A DNA stretch of 64,000 nucleotides from Tubiluchus corallicola (taxonomy: Eukaryota > Animalia > Priapulida), in NCBI GenBank assembly GCA_030141605.1, contig JAQGDQ010000438.1, positions 102,029-166,028 on the forward strand, read 5' to 3'. The position numbers and the translations under genes are program-made. This document shows, piece by piece, positions 24,150 to 35,562 of the stretch. Position 1 is the stretch's first letter; every line of letters starts with the position of its first letter. A model generated the notes under the pieces. That model was not told where the DNA came from and searched no databases. It saw only the letters and a program-made list of their open reading frames with translations.

Positions 24150-24645
24150 AGATGTAGAGAGACGAAAGACTCATGTCCGAATTTCTGATCGTACAAAATG
24201 CAAGACTTATTTGGAAATAAATGCCAATTTGTCTGTGCATCCAATGTATGGGAACATAGAGTTACCTGAGCACAAACGTATAATCATCACAAGAATAAGG
24301 GTCTCATCACACAATCTAGCTACAGAAACAGGTCGTTGGGCAAATGTACCTCGTGAGCGCAGGCTGTGTTTGTGGAGAAATTCAGACAGAAGAGCATTTT
24401 TTGTGGGAGTGCCATGAAAATGCACTTTATAGATCACTGTACGCGTTAAATTATAGTAATATTGCAAATTTATTTGACGGAGAATTAATGTCAATAGGAA
24501 ATTTGATTTACGACTGTATGCATAGATTTTTGAATTAAATAGTACAGCTTTGTTAGCGGACATAACCATCGGGTATGCGTCGAGTTTGTAATTTTCGTGT
24601 TGGAAATTTGATTTTCAGAAATAAAATATCTATCTATCTATCTAT
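24150..24645 (+). mobile_element. Non-LTR retrotransposon 3' fragment (frameshifted) with (CTAT)n tail
   Basis: RIRVSSHNLATETGRW...RRLC / CGEIQTEEHFLWEC zinc-knuckle-type ORF2 C-terminus; tail at 24627-24645. Confidence 0.8.
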
Positions 24646-24709
24646 AGTTGCGTGGAGTGTAGATTAGATCTGTTTGAAATGATATGACGCTAACACCCAA
24701 GTTGTTTAA

Positions 24710-25811
24710 AGCAGAACCGGACCCAATCTTCAACTGTAAGTCAAAAAAATCTACTCTTTAAAATATTGAAAGGAAACATGCTATTTTTTAAAAAATGACT
24801 TACGTGAAAGAATTATTACGATACAATGTAATAGTACCTGCTGTTACCCTGCCTGACGCGTGGTATTTAGGGTAAAGGTGGGGTAATATTAGTCTCTGTT
24901 ATGTAGTTGTAGGTTGTTATTTATGTTAATTGTTGATCCAAAAGCCGACTTTAAATAAAGATTATTATTATTAATATTACAAACGCAATTTCACGTTCGC
25001 GCCACTAGTTCTTTGCCATTTCATGCATTTCGCCGTTAGATGGGCACTAGCGCCTGCAATCCGGAAACGCATTGCAGAGAAAACAGGTGCTGTACCTCTC
25101 AGTTCAGATGTGTTCGTTTGTGACGAAGTACACATATCTGACAGCTCATGCGTGTCACACGAATTAATTTGAAATTTGAATTTTCATCTTAAAACTTCCC
25201 TAGCTTTAGTACAACGCACTGAATATCTTGCGGTAGCACTGTACTTCAATTTTTGCTTTCGCAAACACACCCAACACGCTCTTGGAATATTTTTGCTGTT
25301 GAAAATTATGTTAGTTTGTGATGTCATCAGCAGTTGGGCTCGCCCGTCGTTAATTAAGATATTAATATATTATGTGATTATCAGAAACGCTTCTACAGTA
25401 ATGTCTGGCGATAAAATGTATATTTTTTTACCGTCCTTGAAAATGGGGTAGTATATGAAAAATATACGAGATACAGGCGGGAGACCCAACGGCCATGTGT
25501 AGAGGAGTAAACCTTCCAAATCAGGAGTGGAGCCCCAAAGGCGGACCAGTGCAGCATGCTCACTGACTCCGGCAGCTCCTGCAGCCAACCTGGTGCCAAA
25601 CGTATCGCTCCGCTTTCCTTTGGACTACACCAGGGAGGAAGAGAGGGGGTTCCTGTTGTCTGGGCAACTCAGGATCTCCATACACCTTGGCCACGCGTGC
25701 GCCCTCAAGGATCCTTGCCCCTTCAAGGATCGGACTCTCTTGGCGCATATTCCATTGTCTTCCGAGACAGAAGGATGCCAACAACAATATGAAAAATCAT
25801 CCTGTCTTCAA
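24710..25811 (+). mobile_element. Kolobok-like MITE interrupted by a LINE 3'UTR piece and a SINE
   Basis: Colinear with the intact copy at 44446-45055; TTAA at both ends. Confidence 0.75.
25464..25786 (+). mobile_element. 5'-truncated copy of the 5S/RTE SINE
   Basis: Matches 30214-30559; 11-bp TSD atatgaaaaat at 25453-25463 and 25787-25797. Confidence 0.88.
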
Positions 25812-26159
25812 TTAAATGGTCTAAGTTATTGTATGCTCTTTGTCATACATTTGAATTTGCTCACGTATACCGAATGAATCAGGATCAATAGTAACCTAGC
25901 CTCTTGTAGGTGACTACTAAATTTATTATCACAGTCAGGTTATAAGACACAAGGTTTGTTGATTAGGCGAAGATGATATTCCCATGAGCTCGATAAGAAC
26001 GACTGTAAAAATTCGTTATTACAGTTCGGCATGAGCGGCCATTTTCTAAGATGAAAGGGTAAAGGGGGTTTAAGCGTGGTTTATAGAATAGTGGTGAAGA
26101 AAAATCACATCTTAATGGCGTGGTAAGTCTTCAAAACAACAAGCGTCTCAACGACTCTA

Positions 26160-26606
26160 GCAGTAGAAGCAGCCGTAACAACAACAACGACGACGACGAC
26201 AGCTACAACGACGACGACGACGACGACGAATGACGACGATAACAACAACACCAACAACAACGGCGGCGGCGGCGGCAGCGGCAGCAGCAGCAGCAGCAGC
26301 AACAGCAACAACAACAACAACAGCAACCACTGTCATCGCTACTGTCCTGGGTTTAGATTTCGGACTGCAACCACACTGTCTTGACTTCGATACTAGCGGC
26401 TGCCAACGCCAGCCATATAACCTAAATGTTATTCGTTATTTGTGTGTTGCGTTCTTACCTGTATTGTAACCTTAAGTGTAAGTCGCTAAATAGCTGTTAG
26501 TGCTAGTGTTGTCTGTTAAATGACCGACGGTAAATAAATCTTGTCTTTTCTCTTCTTCTTACTTGACGCGGTCATTGCCACCAGCAACAATAATAAAATA
26601 ACGATG

Positions 26607-26638
<32 letters not shown>

Positions 26639-27068
26639 GTTGCTGTCGTCATCAACATCACCATCGTTATAATCATCATCATCGTTGTTGTCGTCATCAT
26701 CATCATCCTCGTTGCTGTCGTCAGCATCATCATTGTTGTTGTCGTCATCATTATCATCATCATCATCATCGTTGTTGTCGTCATCATCATCGTCATCGTC
26801 CTCGTCCTCGTCCTCGTCGTCGTCGTCGTCGTCGTCATCATCCTCGTTGCTGTCGTCAGCATCATCATCGTTGTTGTCGTCATCATCATCATCATCGTTG
26901 CTGTCGTCATCATCATTGTTGTTGTCGTCATCATCATCATCACCATCATCGCTGCTGTCGTCATCAGCATCACCATCGTTATCGTAAGCATTGTTACTGT
27001 CGTCATCATCATCGCCTTCATTATCATCATCATCGTTGCCGTCGCCATCATCGTCATCATCATCATCG
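26160..27068. repeat. Two trinucleotide microsatellite blocks (CAA/CGA/CAG at 26160-26330; CAT/CGT at 26605-27068)
   Basis: Visible runs. Confidence 0.9.
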
Positions 27069-27670
27069 ATTTCGTGGGAGCGATTACGCAGGGCAACAAT
27101 AAAACCTAATTGCCTTAAAACACGTTCAACAGTTTCTGTGATTTAGGAAAAAAGTCAAGATTTGCTAAAAGCGTTGCTAATGAAAATGACATCTATGAGA
27201 AACAACCAAAATGCTCACGTTTCGCTCAGCTATATTTACTTAAAAAAGAAAAATGTAAAAGCTCTCAACGTTAACACTTCGCTAGAAAAAAATTTTCATT
27301 AAAGTTATAAACGCAGAAAAACGAAGAACGCTTGCGGTTTCGAACTCAAAACATTCCAGATGGAAAGCAGAGACGCCTTATTCACTAAGTCATACGGTCG
27401 GGTAAAAGTATCACAATATCTCAAAATACATGATACGTACAAAAATCGCATCATACACTGTACAGAGAAACATAATGTAGACTAGAGAAAAATGTCAAAT
27501 TTGTGGCTGAAATGGATAAGTAAGTGGTAAGTATTATGAAACTGTAAAACTTTTACTAGACGTGGAACAAGAGAGATGAAACCGAGAATGATGATGAATT
27601 GCTTGTTAAAGAATAGGTGAAAATTTAAACAAATTGCATGTGGTGTGGAAGTTCAAAAAGTCGAAATGTT

Positions 27671-28450
27671 CATCATCATCATCATACGCCCGTCACGTCT
27701 GTTGTAGACATTGGGCAGGCAGATTTCTAAAATAAAAGAAATCTGCCTTCAGACAGGTAAACGCAGCAGTAATCCAGCAAAAAAACTAGACACTGCTACG
27801 CCAGTGGCTTGTCAGCACCACTTCCGTTATAAGAAGCCATGTTGAAGACTTTCTAAAATATTGTGAGGTAACCATTAAGTTCAGAAATTTATCAGAAAGG
27901 GTTTGGTAATTAAAGCTAATCTAATAAAGCCAGTGGCATTGTTCGAGAAATAAATTTTAGTAGTGTTGAAATCTTAGGCAACTGACAAATTTAATCAAAG
28001 GATTTGTTACACTTTTAAGGAAAATCTGTCTGCAAATAAGAAACTGGAAATAATGCAAAAGTCGAGAGAGCTTGCGCGTGCGGTAAATTAAATTGCTTGA
28101 GTTGTGGGATTATGCCAAACCATTCATTTCTGTTTTCTAACAAAGTATAAGTATTGAATTGTCTGTGCCAAAGAGTTTGCTTGAATTTATCCAGATCAGA
28201 TTTTGTAACAGACCAATTAACTATAGAAAGTTCTTCGTTGTTAATTCGCCCTGCATCTCTAGTAGTAGCTAAAAATTGCCTTAAATCTCTAGCATAATAT
28301 TTTACAAAGTGGTTATATGACAGATAAAAGTCAGTATTAAATATATACAAAAGTTCTTTCTTAACTAGATCATCATCACCACCCTTCAATATTTTACTTA
28401 GGAATCTTACATTATGAGCTTTCATTTCGATTTCTAGAGGAGACAATATG
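27671..28450 (-). mobile_element. Degenerate non-LTR retrotransposon 3' fragment with (TGA)n tail
   Basis: 143-aa ORF remnant at 28015-28446 oriented toward a (CAT)n tail at 27671; family not assignable. Confidence 0.45.
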
Positions 28451-29024
28451 ACAAAGAAGACATTTGTTTAACCCACAGCTACTCACTCGATGAAGTAATT
28501 AATTTTATTGTCGTGCAGTTACGTAAATTCAACAAGTGAACAGTTACTGCCAACAATTTTCACGTTTTGGCGTGTGCCTATTGTTCCACGTCCATTCTCC
28601 TCGACGCGTCCTTGACAACGACAGAATTTAATGCTTTTCAGCTTTTGTTAAGCGTTAAATGAATAAACGCGAGGCACAAAATCTCACTTCAACTAAAAAC
28701 AAGAGAGAACCCATCTATTTAATCCTGGTCGACATTAACACGACATCGTTAATCTTGTGGGACGGGAAGTGATTGCAGCACGTGAAAATACAAACAAACA
28801 AAGAAAATAACGATGTTTCAGTTTTTGCAAGATTAGTTAAAATTTACTCGGTACGAACAAATTACTTGGAATGCTAATAAATTTGGAAAAACTATTGATT
28901 ATACAGGTAAGGAGCATATCTGCAGGTAACTGTTATTGTATTCCAACATCAACAGAATGTTGCTAAACTTGATCCAGTCCATAACTAAGAAAATTTTAAA
29001 TGTTCCAAAGTCGTGACCGCTTAA

Positions 29025-29540
29025 AGGATAACAGTGTGATTTTTTGGAAGTACGGTAAAAACTACACATTGTAATGATGATGTCAAAGCGTTTGTGACTA
29101 TTAAATAATAGGGTTAAAAACTTACCATAACTTAGTGATGACAACTAGCGAGCCCAGCTAGTGATGACATCACAAGTGAAACATTCCAGTGCATGTTGCA
29201 CGTATTTGCGAAAGCTAAAGTTGAAATACAGTGCTACTGTACAGAATTCAGCGTGATTTATAAAAACTCGTCAAATTTCATGTTTAAAATTCAAATACCA
29301 GGCTTACCCATGTGCATTACGTCACAAATGAACAACACTGAACTGAGAGGTACGGCACCTGTGTTTTGTGTAACAAAAATACAAGCGGTTTTACCCATCT
29401 AACTAGGGTCACGATATCACGTTTCTGTGGTAATAATTCCTTCACGTAAGTCATTCTTGAAAAAATAGTGTGTTCCCTTTCAATACTTTGTAGAGTAGAT
29501 TGTTTTGAGTTATAGTTTAAACATGGGTCCGGTTTTTCCT
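29025..29540 (-). mobile_element. Kolobok-like MITE, inverted relative to 44446-45055
   Basis: TTAA|AGGATAAC ... TTTTTCCT|TTAA; internal homology to the 44.4-kb copy. Confidence 0.8.
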
Positions 29541-29649
29541 TTAAGTTAGTGTCAAACATAATTTTTTGTCTTCAACAAATGTTAGTGATAATTCTATTGC
29601 CATAAAATAATTTTCTGTTTTTATTACAAAAAAGGCTTTTGGTGTTACT

Positions 29650-30621
29650 GAAAATTTTTCACCATTCGCTAGTTAGATGGGCATTAGCGTCTACATCTCG
29701 GGAAGACGTTGCACAAAAAAACAACAGGTGCTGTACTTCTCAGTTCAGCGGTGTTCGGTTGTGATGTAGTGCACGCGTTAAAAAGCTCATACGTGAGCAC
29801 AACAGTAAACTTGAAATTTGCTGAGTTTTTGTATGTTTTTGTGTTTTTTGTATCACACTGAATGTTGTACAGTAGCACCGTACTTCAATTTTCGTTTTCG
29901 CAAACACGTGTAACAAGTTTATGGAACATTTGTGCTGTTGCGTTCAGTTGTGATGTCATCATTAATTAGGCTAGCCGGCCGTTAATTAAGTTTTTAGGCT
30001 GTTATTAATTATCAGTATACAACAAATCACGTTGAAAACACTGGTTCTCGTCTGATCACCGAAGTTAAGCAACGTTGAGCCTGGTTAGTACTTGGATGGG
30101 TGACCGCCTAGGAATACCAGGTGCTGTAGGCTTGCGGGATGCCCACACTATCTCGACACTAGGCGGAGGAGCTGCACAAGGCAGCCAATGGTTAGAGGGC
30201 GAAGGAGGTCAATTGACCCAACGGCCGTGTGTAGAGGAGTAAACCTTCCAAATCAGGAGTGGAGCCCCAAAGGCGGACCAGTGCAGCATACTCACTGACT
30301 CCGGCAGCTCCTGCAGCCAACCTGGTGCCAAACGTATTGCTCCGCTTTGCTTTGGACTACACCAGGGAGGAAGAGAGGGGGTTCTTGTTGTCTGGGCAAC
30401 TCAGGATCTCCATACACCTTGCCCAGGCGTGCGCCCTGGAGACGTTCAAGGATCGCACTGCTCAGCCACAGTCGACGCTGCAGCTCCATCAATGTGATCA
30501 ATAAGTGACTCTCTTGGTTCACACTCCATTGTCTTCCGAGACAGAAGGATGCCAACAACAATTATCAGAAACACTTTTGCAGTATTGCACGTATTAAAAT
30601 GTTTACTTTTTAACTTACGAT
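29650..30621 (+). mobile_element. Partial Kolobok-like MITE carrying a SINE insertion and an adjacent RTE insertion
   Basis: Homologous to ~44610-45010; resumes after the SINE (attatcagaaac...ttaaaatgt). Confidence 0.7.
30016..30559 (+). mobile_element. SINE3: 5S rRNA-derived head + RTE-like 5'UTR + RTE-like 3' end, near full length
   Basis: 5S-like sequence to 30133 with A box (gaagttaagcaa) and C box (tggatggg); tail gtcttccgagacagaaggatgccaacaac; TSD aattatcag at 30007-30015 and 30560-30568. Confidence 0.9.
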
Positions 30622-31077
30622 CTTCTTCTTCCCAGCTTTTCCCTATTCGGGGTCGCCGTTGTGAATGAGTCTTCTCCACGCATTCCTGTTGTTGACCATC
30701 TCTTCATTTATGTCTTCCTTTCCCACATGATCTTCACCGACTCTTCTTTACAGGTGTCCATACCATCGCAATCTTGCGAGGCTTCCACTACTTTTACCGT
30801 TCCTCTGATATTATTGTTTCTAATGTTATCTCTTCTTGTTATTCCCACCATCCATCTCAACATCCTCATCTCCACCACATCCATTTTCTTCTCTTCGGTC
30901 TTCTATAGAGTAGCTGCTTCCAGCCCATAGATTAGAGCGGGTCTGACCATTTCTTTGTGGAAACTCATTCATAGAAGGTTTTGGTGGCGCAGTTTTTACA
31001 GGCGGATGCCCTTCCTGACCCTAACCCCCCCTATTTATCCGGGCTTGGGACCCCCCCCCCCCCCCCAGTGGCTTGGC
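30622..31077 (-). mobile_element. Bipartite non-autonomous RTE (Expander/Rex3-like): 5'UTR + ORF piece + 3'UTR with (GAA)n tail
   Basis: 17-bp TSD actttttaactt(a/g)cgat; caggaagggcatccgcctgtaaaa 5'UTR motif; EMRMLRWMVG...DxIRN RT C-terminal peptide. Confidence 0.85.
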
Positions 31078-31393
31078 ACTTTTTAACTTGCGATAAAGTT
31101 GGGAAAATTATTGCTGTTGTTACTTTCTACAATAACGATTTGTTTGCAATTCCTCTCGTATTGCGCGCTTTAAAACGGCAATCCAGATTTCACCACAGAC
31201 CCGTTGTGACCAAATACCAGCCCTTTTCACTTAGTAATACCCCTCCTCCCCTTCACGACATATGATTTGTAATTTCTAAAACCGTAAATTTGTGTTGTAC
31301 CTATTCAGAATTTTCTTTATCTACAGGTTAATGAAAAAAACTTTAGTAAAGCTTCTTCCACGTAGAAAACAGTAATGTCACATCAGCCATTAA

Positions 31394-31895
31394 AGGAAGG
31401 CCGGACGATTGTTTACACTCAATCTCATTTCAATTTATTGTCCAAAATATAAATTTTCTTGCCTATAAATTTAGGAATTGTTTCTTATATTTGAATAATT
31501 AGCTTAGAAAGTTAATTAACGGCAACCGAACACAGCTATTGCTTACGTCAGAAACTAGCCACTGTTTGTGCAATGGCAGGCATCTCCCTTGCGCGTCAAG
31601 CACGTTTCCGCAAGTGTTATGAAAATGGGCTGTACATCATATAACGTCAGAAACTAGCACTGCATTTCATGATCATCGTTATCACAGCACCGCCCACGAC
31701 ACCGACAAAAAGGCGCCGTTGCCAATCTTAGTAGATTCACTGAGCCGCGCGTAGCTTTGAAAGTTTAACGAAATTTGAATGTCCGAGGTAACTATTATTT
31801 AATCTAAGCTTTCATTCAAGAAAAGCTATTGTAGTTTCTATACTTTAGAGCATTCTTTATTCTGAACTCATGTTACACATTCATCCGGTTTTCCT
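31394..31895. mobile_element. Second Kolobok-like MITE family
   Basis: TTAA|AGGAAGGCCGGACG ... CATCCGGTTTTCCT|TTAA; 11/14 TIR match. Confidence 0.8.
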
Positions 31896-32162
31896 TTAAA
31901 TAACTAGGAAGCCTAGCGCGGCCATTTTTAATAATGAATGCATGACTGACGTCAGGCGTCAGCATGAGATACAAGATGTAATTGAAACCCCCTCGTGGTT
32001 TGACTAGATGCCTTTGTGTAAGTGTGAAAGTAGCTTATTATCTGCTAACATCTTAGTTCACCAACTTCAGTTACTCCTTTGACTTTTTCGAAACGGAAAA
32101 TTACCCAGCTAGGTTCAAGTGAATAAATTTAGCATGTAAACTGTTTTTGTGCGTTTGCTTAA

Positions 32163-32602
32163 CCCTTTCATACCCGATGTATCCCATGGGATACGAGAAT
32201 ATTTTCTGCCTTTAAAATTAATAAAATTTTAAAACTGACAGTTATTTGATCTGTTAATAGTTATTTTAATTTAAGCCAATAACAATAGACTAAAAATGGT
32301 GATAAAATGGCAAACTAGTAAATCTACATAGCATAAAAAACTGCGCAAGGTACAGTACTTTAGAGACGACTTTGTACAGATCAGCATAGCATGCATACTA
32401 AATGTCTTAAATACTTTAATAAATTATCAGCAGTTGCAAAATGAAGCACATTTTATGCTTCCATTGAATCACAATGTATCCCGTGGGATACAGGGTATAT
32501 TTAGCACGCGGGCACAGGTAGAAAAAATAATTATTATGTGTAAACAAGATGGACATACTGAACAAAAGTACCAAGCCAAAAAATTTTTTGGGACTGAAAG
32601 GG
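32163..32602 (+). mobile_element. piggyBac-like MITE
   Basis: TTAA|CCCTTTCATACCC ... GGGACTGAAAGGG|TTAA. Confidence 0.92.
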
Positions 32603-33271
32603 TTAAACTCGGCTAGCAATAATTCATCTTTTCCTAAAGTAACGGTAAATGTCAAAGTTTTTATTTTCTGAAAAAAACACATTAGCAGATGTCTCTGACT
32701 TTTCTGGTGAAATGATATTCCAAAGACAGTAATTTATGATTGTGTATATTGAGACTATCAATCAAAACAAGGAGTTTTGAGTACTTTCTCTAAAAATAGA
32801 AATTTGCAGTCTGTGGATTAGAACTTCGGACTAGCTGAACATTGACTTTGATTCGTTTGTGGAAACTTCGATGAACATTTTCTTTATTAAGCATTTCCTC
32901 TGAGGAGGCTCACGAACAAAGAAGTAATGATAGTTTTAGTAACTTCATAAAACACGATATTTAAAAGTTTTCTAATCAAGCTGATCTTGTACAGTTTCTG
33001 AAAACTTGAATTGGTTTATTTACTTAACTGAATGTTTGTTTGTCTGTCTGTTTGTCTATCTGTCTCTGTCTGCCTCTGTTAATTTGATTAATCTGACTAA
33101 CTGCTTGTATGCTTTTACTCGAGTGTCCAGCCATTTGTTTGGTTACCTGCCAATTAGTCAGTCTATCAGTCAGTCAGTCACTTTTGGCACTTTTATCTTG
33201 GCAGTTTTCGTTAGCTCCTGCCTAACGGATAGTTATCTCCCACACTCTTTGATGTTATCTGTACTTGTACC

Positions 33272-34143
33272 GCTAGACAAGGACAAAAATGGTGATGTCA
33301 TGGGGGAAAAAGATACCTGGACTTGTAACGCTAGTCAAGGACAAAAATTGTGATGTCACAGAAAAGGATAACTGTACTAATAACGCTAGTCAAGGACAAA
33401 AATGATGATGTCACGGAAAAGGATAACTGTACTTATAACGCTAGTCAAGGACAAAAATGATGATGTCACGGAAAAGGATAACTGTACTTATAACGCTAGT
33501 CAAGGACAAAAGTGATGATGTCACGGAAAAGGATAACTGTACTTATAACGCTAGTCAAGGACAAAAATGATGATGTCACGGAAAAGGATAACTATACTTA
33601 TAACGCTAGTAAGGACAAAAGTGATGATGTCACGGAAAAGGATAACTGTACTTATAACGCTAGTCAAGGACAAAAATGATGATGTCACGGAAAAGAATAA
33701 CTGTACTTGTAACGCTAGTCAAGGACAAAAGTGATGATGTCACGGAAAAAGATAACTGTACTTATAACGCTAGTCAAGGACAAAAATGGTGATGTCACGG
33801 AAAAGGATAACTGGACTTGTAACGCTAGTCAAGGACAAAAATGATGATGTCACGGAAAAGGATAACTGTACTTATAACGCTAGTCAAGGACAAAAATGAT
33901 GATGTCACGGAAAAGGATAACTGTACTTATAACGCTAGTCAAGGACAAAAATGATGATGTCACGGAAAAGAATAACTGTACTTATAACGCTAGTCAAGGA
34001 CAAAAATGGTGATGTCACGGAAAAGGATAACTGTACTTATAACGCTAGTCAAGGACAAAAATGGTGATGTCACGGAAAAGGATAACTGTACTTATAACGC
34101 TAGTCAAGGACAAAAATGATGATGTCACGAAAAAGGATAACTG
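33272..34143. repeat. 55-bp minisatellite, ~16 units
   Basis: Unit ctagtcaaggacaaaaatgatgatgtcacggaaaaggataactgtacttataacg. Confidence 0.95.
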
Positions 34144-34387
34144 CACACATGTTGCGATATCAACAGTGATAATGTAAGCTCATTGAAATTCTTATTCTGA
34201 ACAGTCATAACTTGTCAAGCAAAACCACTTTGGATTTGTTGAAAAAGTCAAGTACTGACATGTGCATTAGCACTCTCAATGAGGTGCTAGACTTCTATAT
34301 AGCTCATATCTTATTTATTTGTGCTTTTAAAGATTTTGACAGGGTAAATTTGTTCGCGGAATAACATGAGTTATTGTTGCTATCTAT

Positions 34388-34887
34388 TTATCTTCTTCTT
34401 CTCAGCTTTTCCCTATGCAGGGTCGCCGTTGTGAATGAGTCTTCTCCACGCGTTCCTGTTGTTGACCATCTCTTCATTTATGTCTTCCCTTCCCACATGA
34501 TCTTCACCGACTCTTCTTTTCAGGTGTCCATACCATCGCAATCTTGCGAGGCTTCCACTACTTTTACTGTTCCTCTGATATTATTATTTCTAATTTTATC
34601 TCTTCTTGTTATTCCCACCATCCATCTCAACATCCTCATCTCCATCACACCCATTTTCTTCTCTTCGGTCTTCTTTAGAGAAGCTGCTTCCAGCCCATAG
34701 ATTAGAGCTGGTCTGACAAATCCTTTGTGGACTTTCCCTTTAAGTCTCGCCGACTCATTCATAGAAGGTTTTGGCGCAGTTTTTACAGGCGGATGCTCTT
34801 CCTGACCCTAACCCTCCCTATTTATCCGGGCTTGGGACCGGCACTGAGTTGGGCTGGCTTGGTTCCCCCCCCCCCCCGCCAGTGGAT
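34388..34887 (-). mobile_element. Bipartite non-autonomous RTE, copy 2
   Basis: 19-bp TSD agttattgttgctatctat; ORF piece ARLKGKVHKGFVRPALIYGLEAASLKKTEEKKMGVMEMRMLRWMVGITRRDKIRN. Confidence 0.88.
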
Positions 34888-35041
34888 AGTTATTGTTGCT
34901 ATCTATATTTATGCAAATATACTAACACTAAATTTAAGTGTATTTTATATTTTCTTTTTGTAATACGTGTTGTATATGTCGTGTGTTGTAATTTTTTATA
35001 TAATCAAGGTTTCAAATGAAAATTCAAATCAAATAAATTAG

Positions 35042-35208
35042 CCAGTCAGTCGGTCAGCACAGCCAGCCAGTCAATCAGTGAGTGAGTGAGTGGGTCAGTC
35101 AGTCAGCCAGTCAGTCAGTCAGTCAGTCAGTCAGTCAGTCAGTCAGTCAGTCAGTCAATCAGTGAATGAGTGAGTGAGTGGGTCAGTCAGTCAGACAGTC
35201 AGTCTGTT

Positions 35209-35244
<36 letters not shown>

Positions 35245-35562
35245 AGTTCAGTCAGTCAGTCAGTCAGTCAGTCAGTCAGTCAGTCAGTCAGTCAGTCAGT
35301 CAGTCAGTCAGTCAGTCAGTCAGTCAGTCAGTCAGTCAGTCAGTCAGTCAGTCAGTCAGTCAGTCAGTCAGTCTCAGTCAGTTAGTCAGTCAACCAGTCA
35401 GCCAGCCAGTCAATCAGTGAATGGGTGAGTGAGTGGGTCAGTCAGTCAGTCAGTCAGTCAGTCAGTCAGTCAGTCAGTCAGTCAGTCAGTCAGTCAGTCA
35501 GTCAGTCAATCAGCCAGCCAGCCAGCCAGTCAGTTAGTCAGTCAACCAGTCAGTCAGTCAGT
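35042..35562. repeat. (CAGT)n microsatellite
   Basis: Visible run. Confidence 0.97.

Noticed and set aside
26563-26610. Signal-peptide-like IVILLLLLVAMTAS before a minus-strand GTAAG as the Pdfr first exon
   Set aside because: The donor is phase 1 whereas the next exon needs phase 0; it is preceded by poly-Asp microsatellite and looks repeat-derived.
30016-30133. Functional 5S rRNA gene (also 53500-53618 and 49385-49470)
   Set aside because: The 5' end is altered, there is no oligo-T terminator, it is always fused to the same retroposon body and the 30-kb copy is flanked by a TSD. It is a SINE head.
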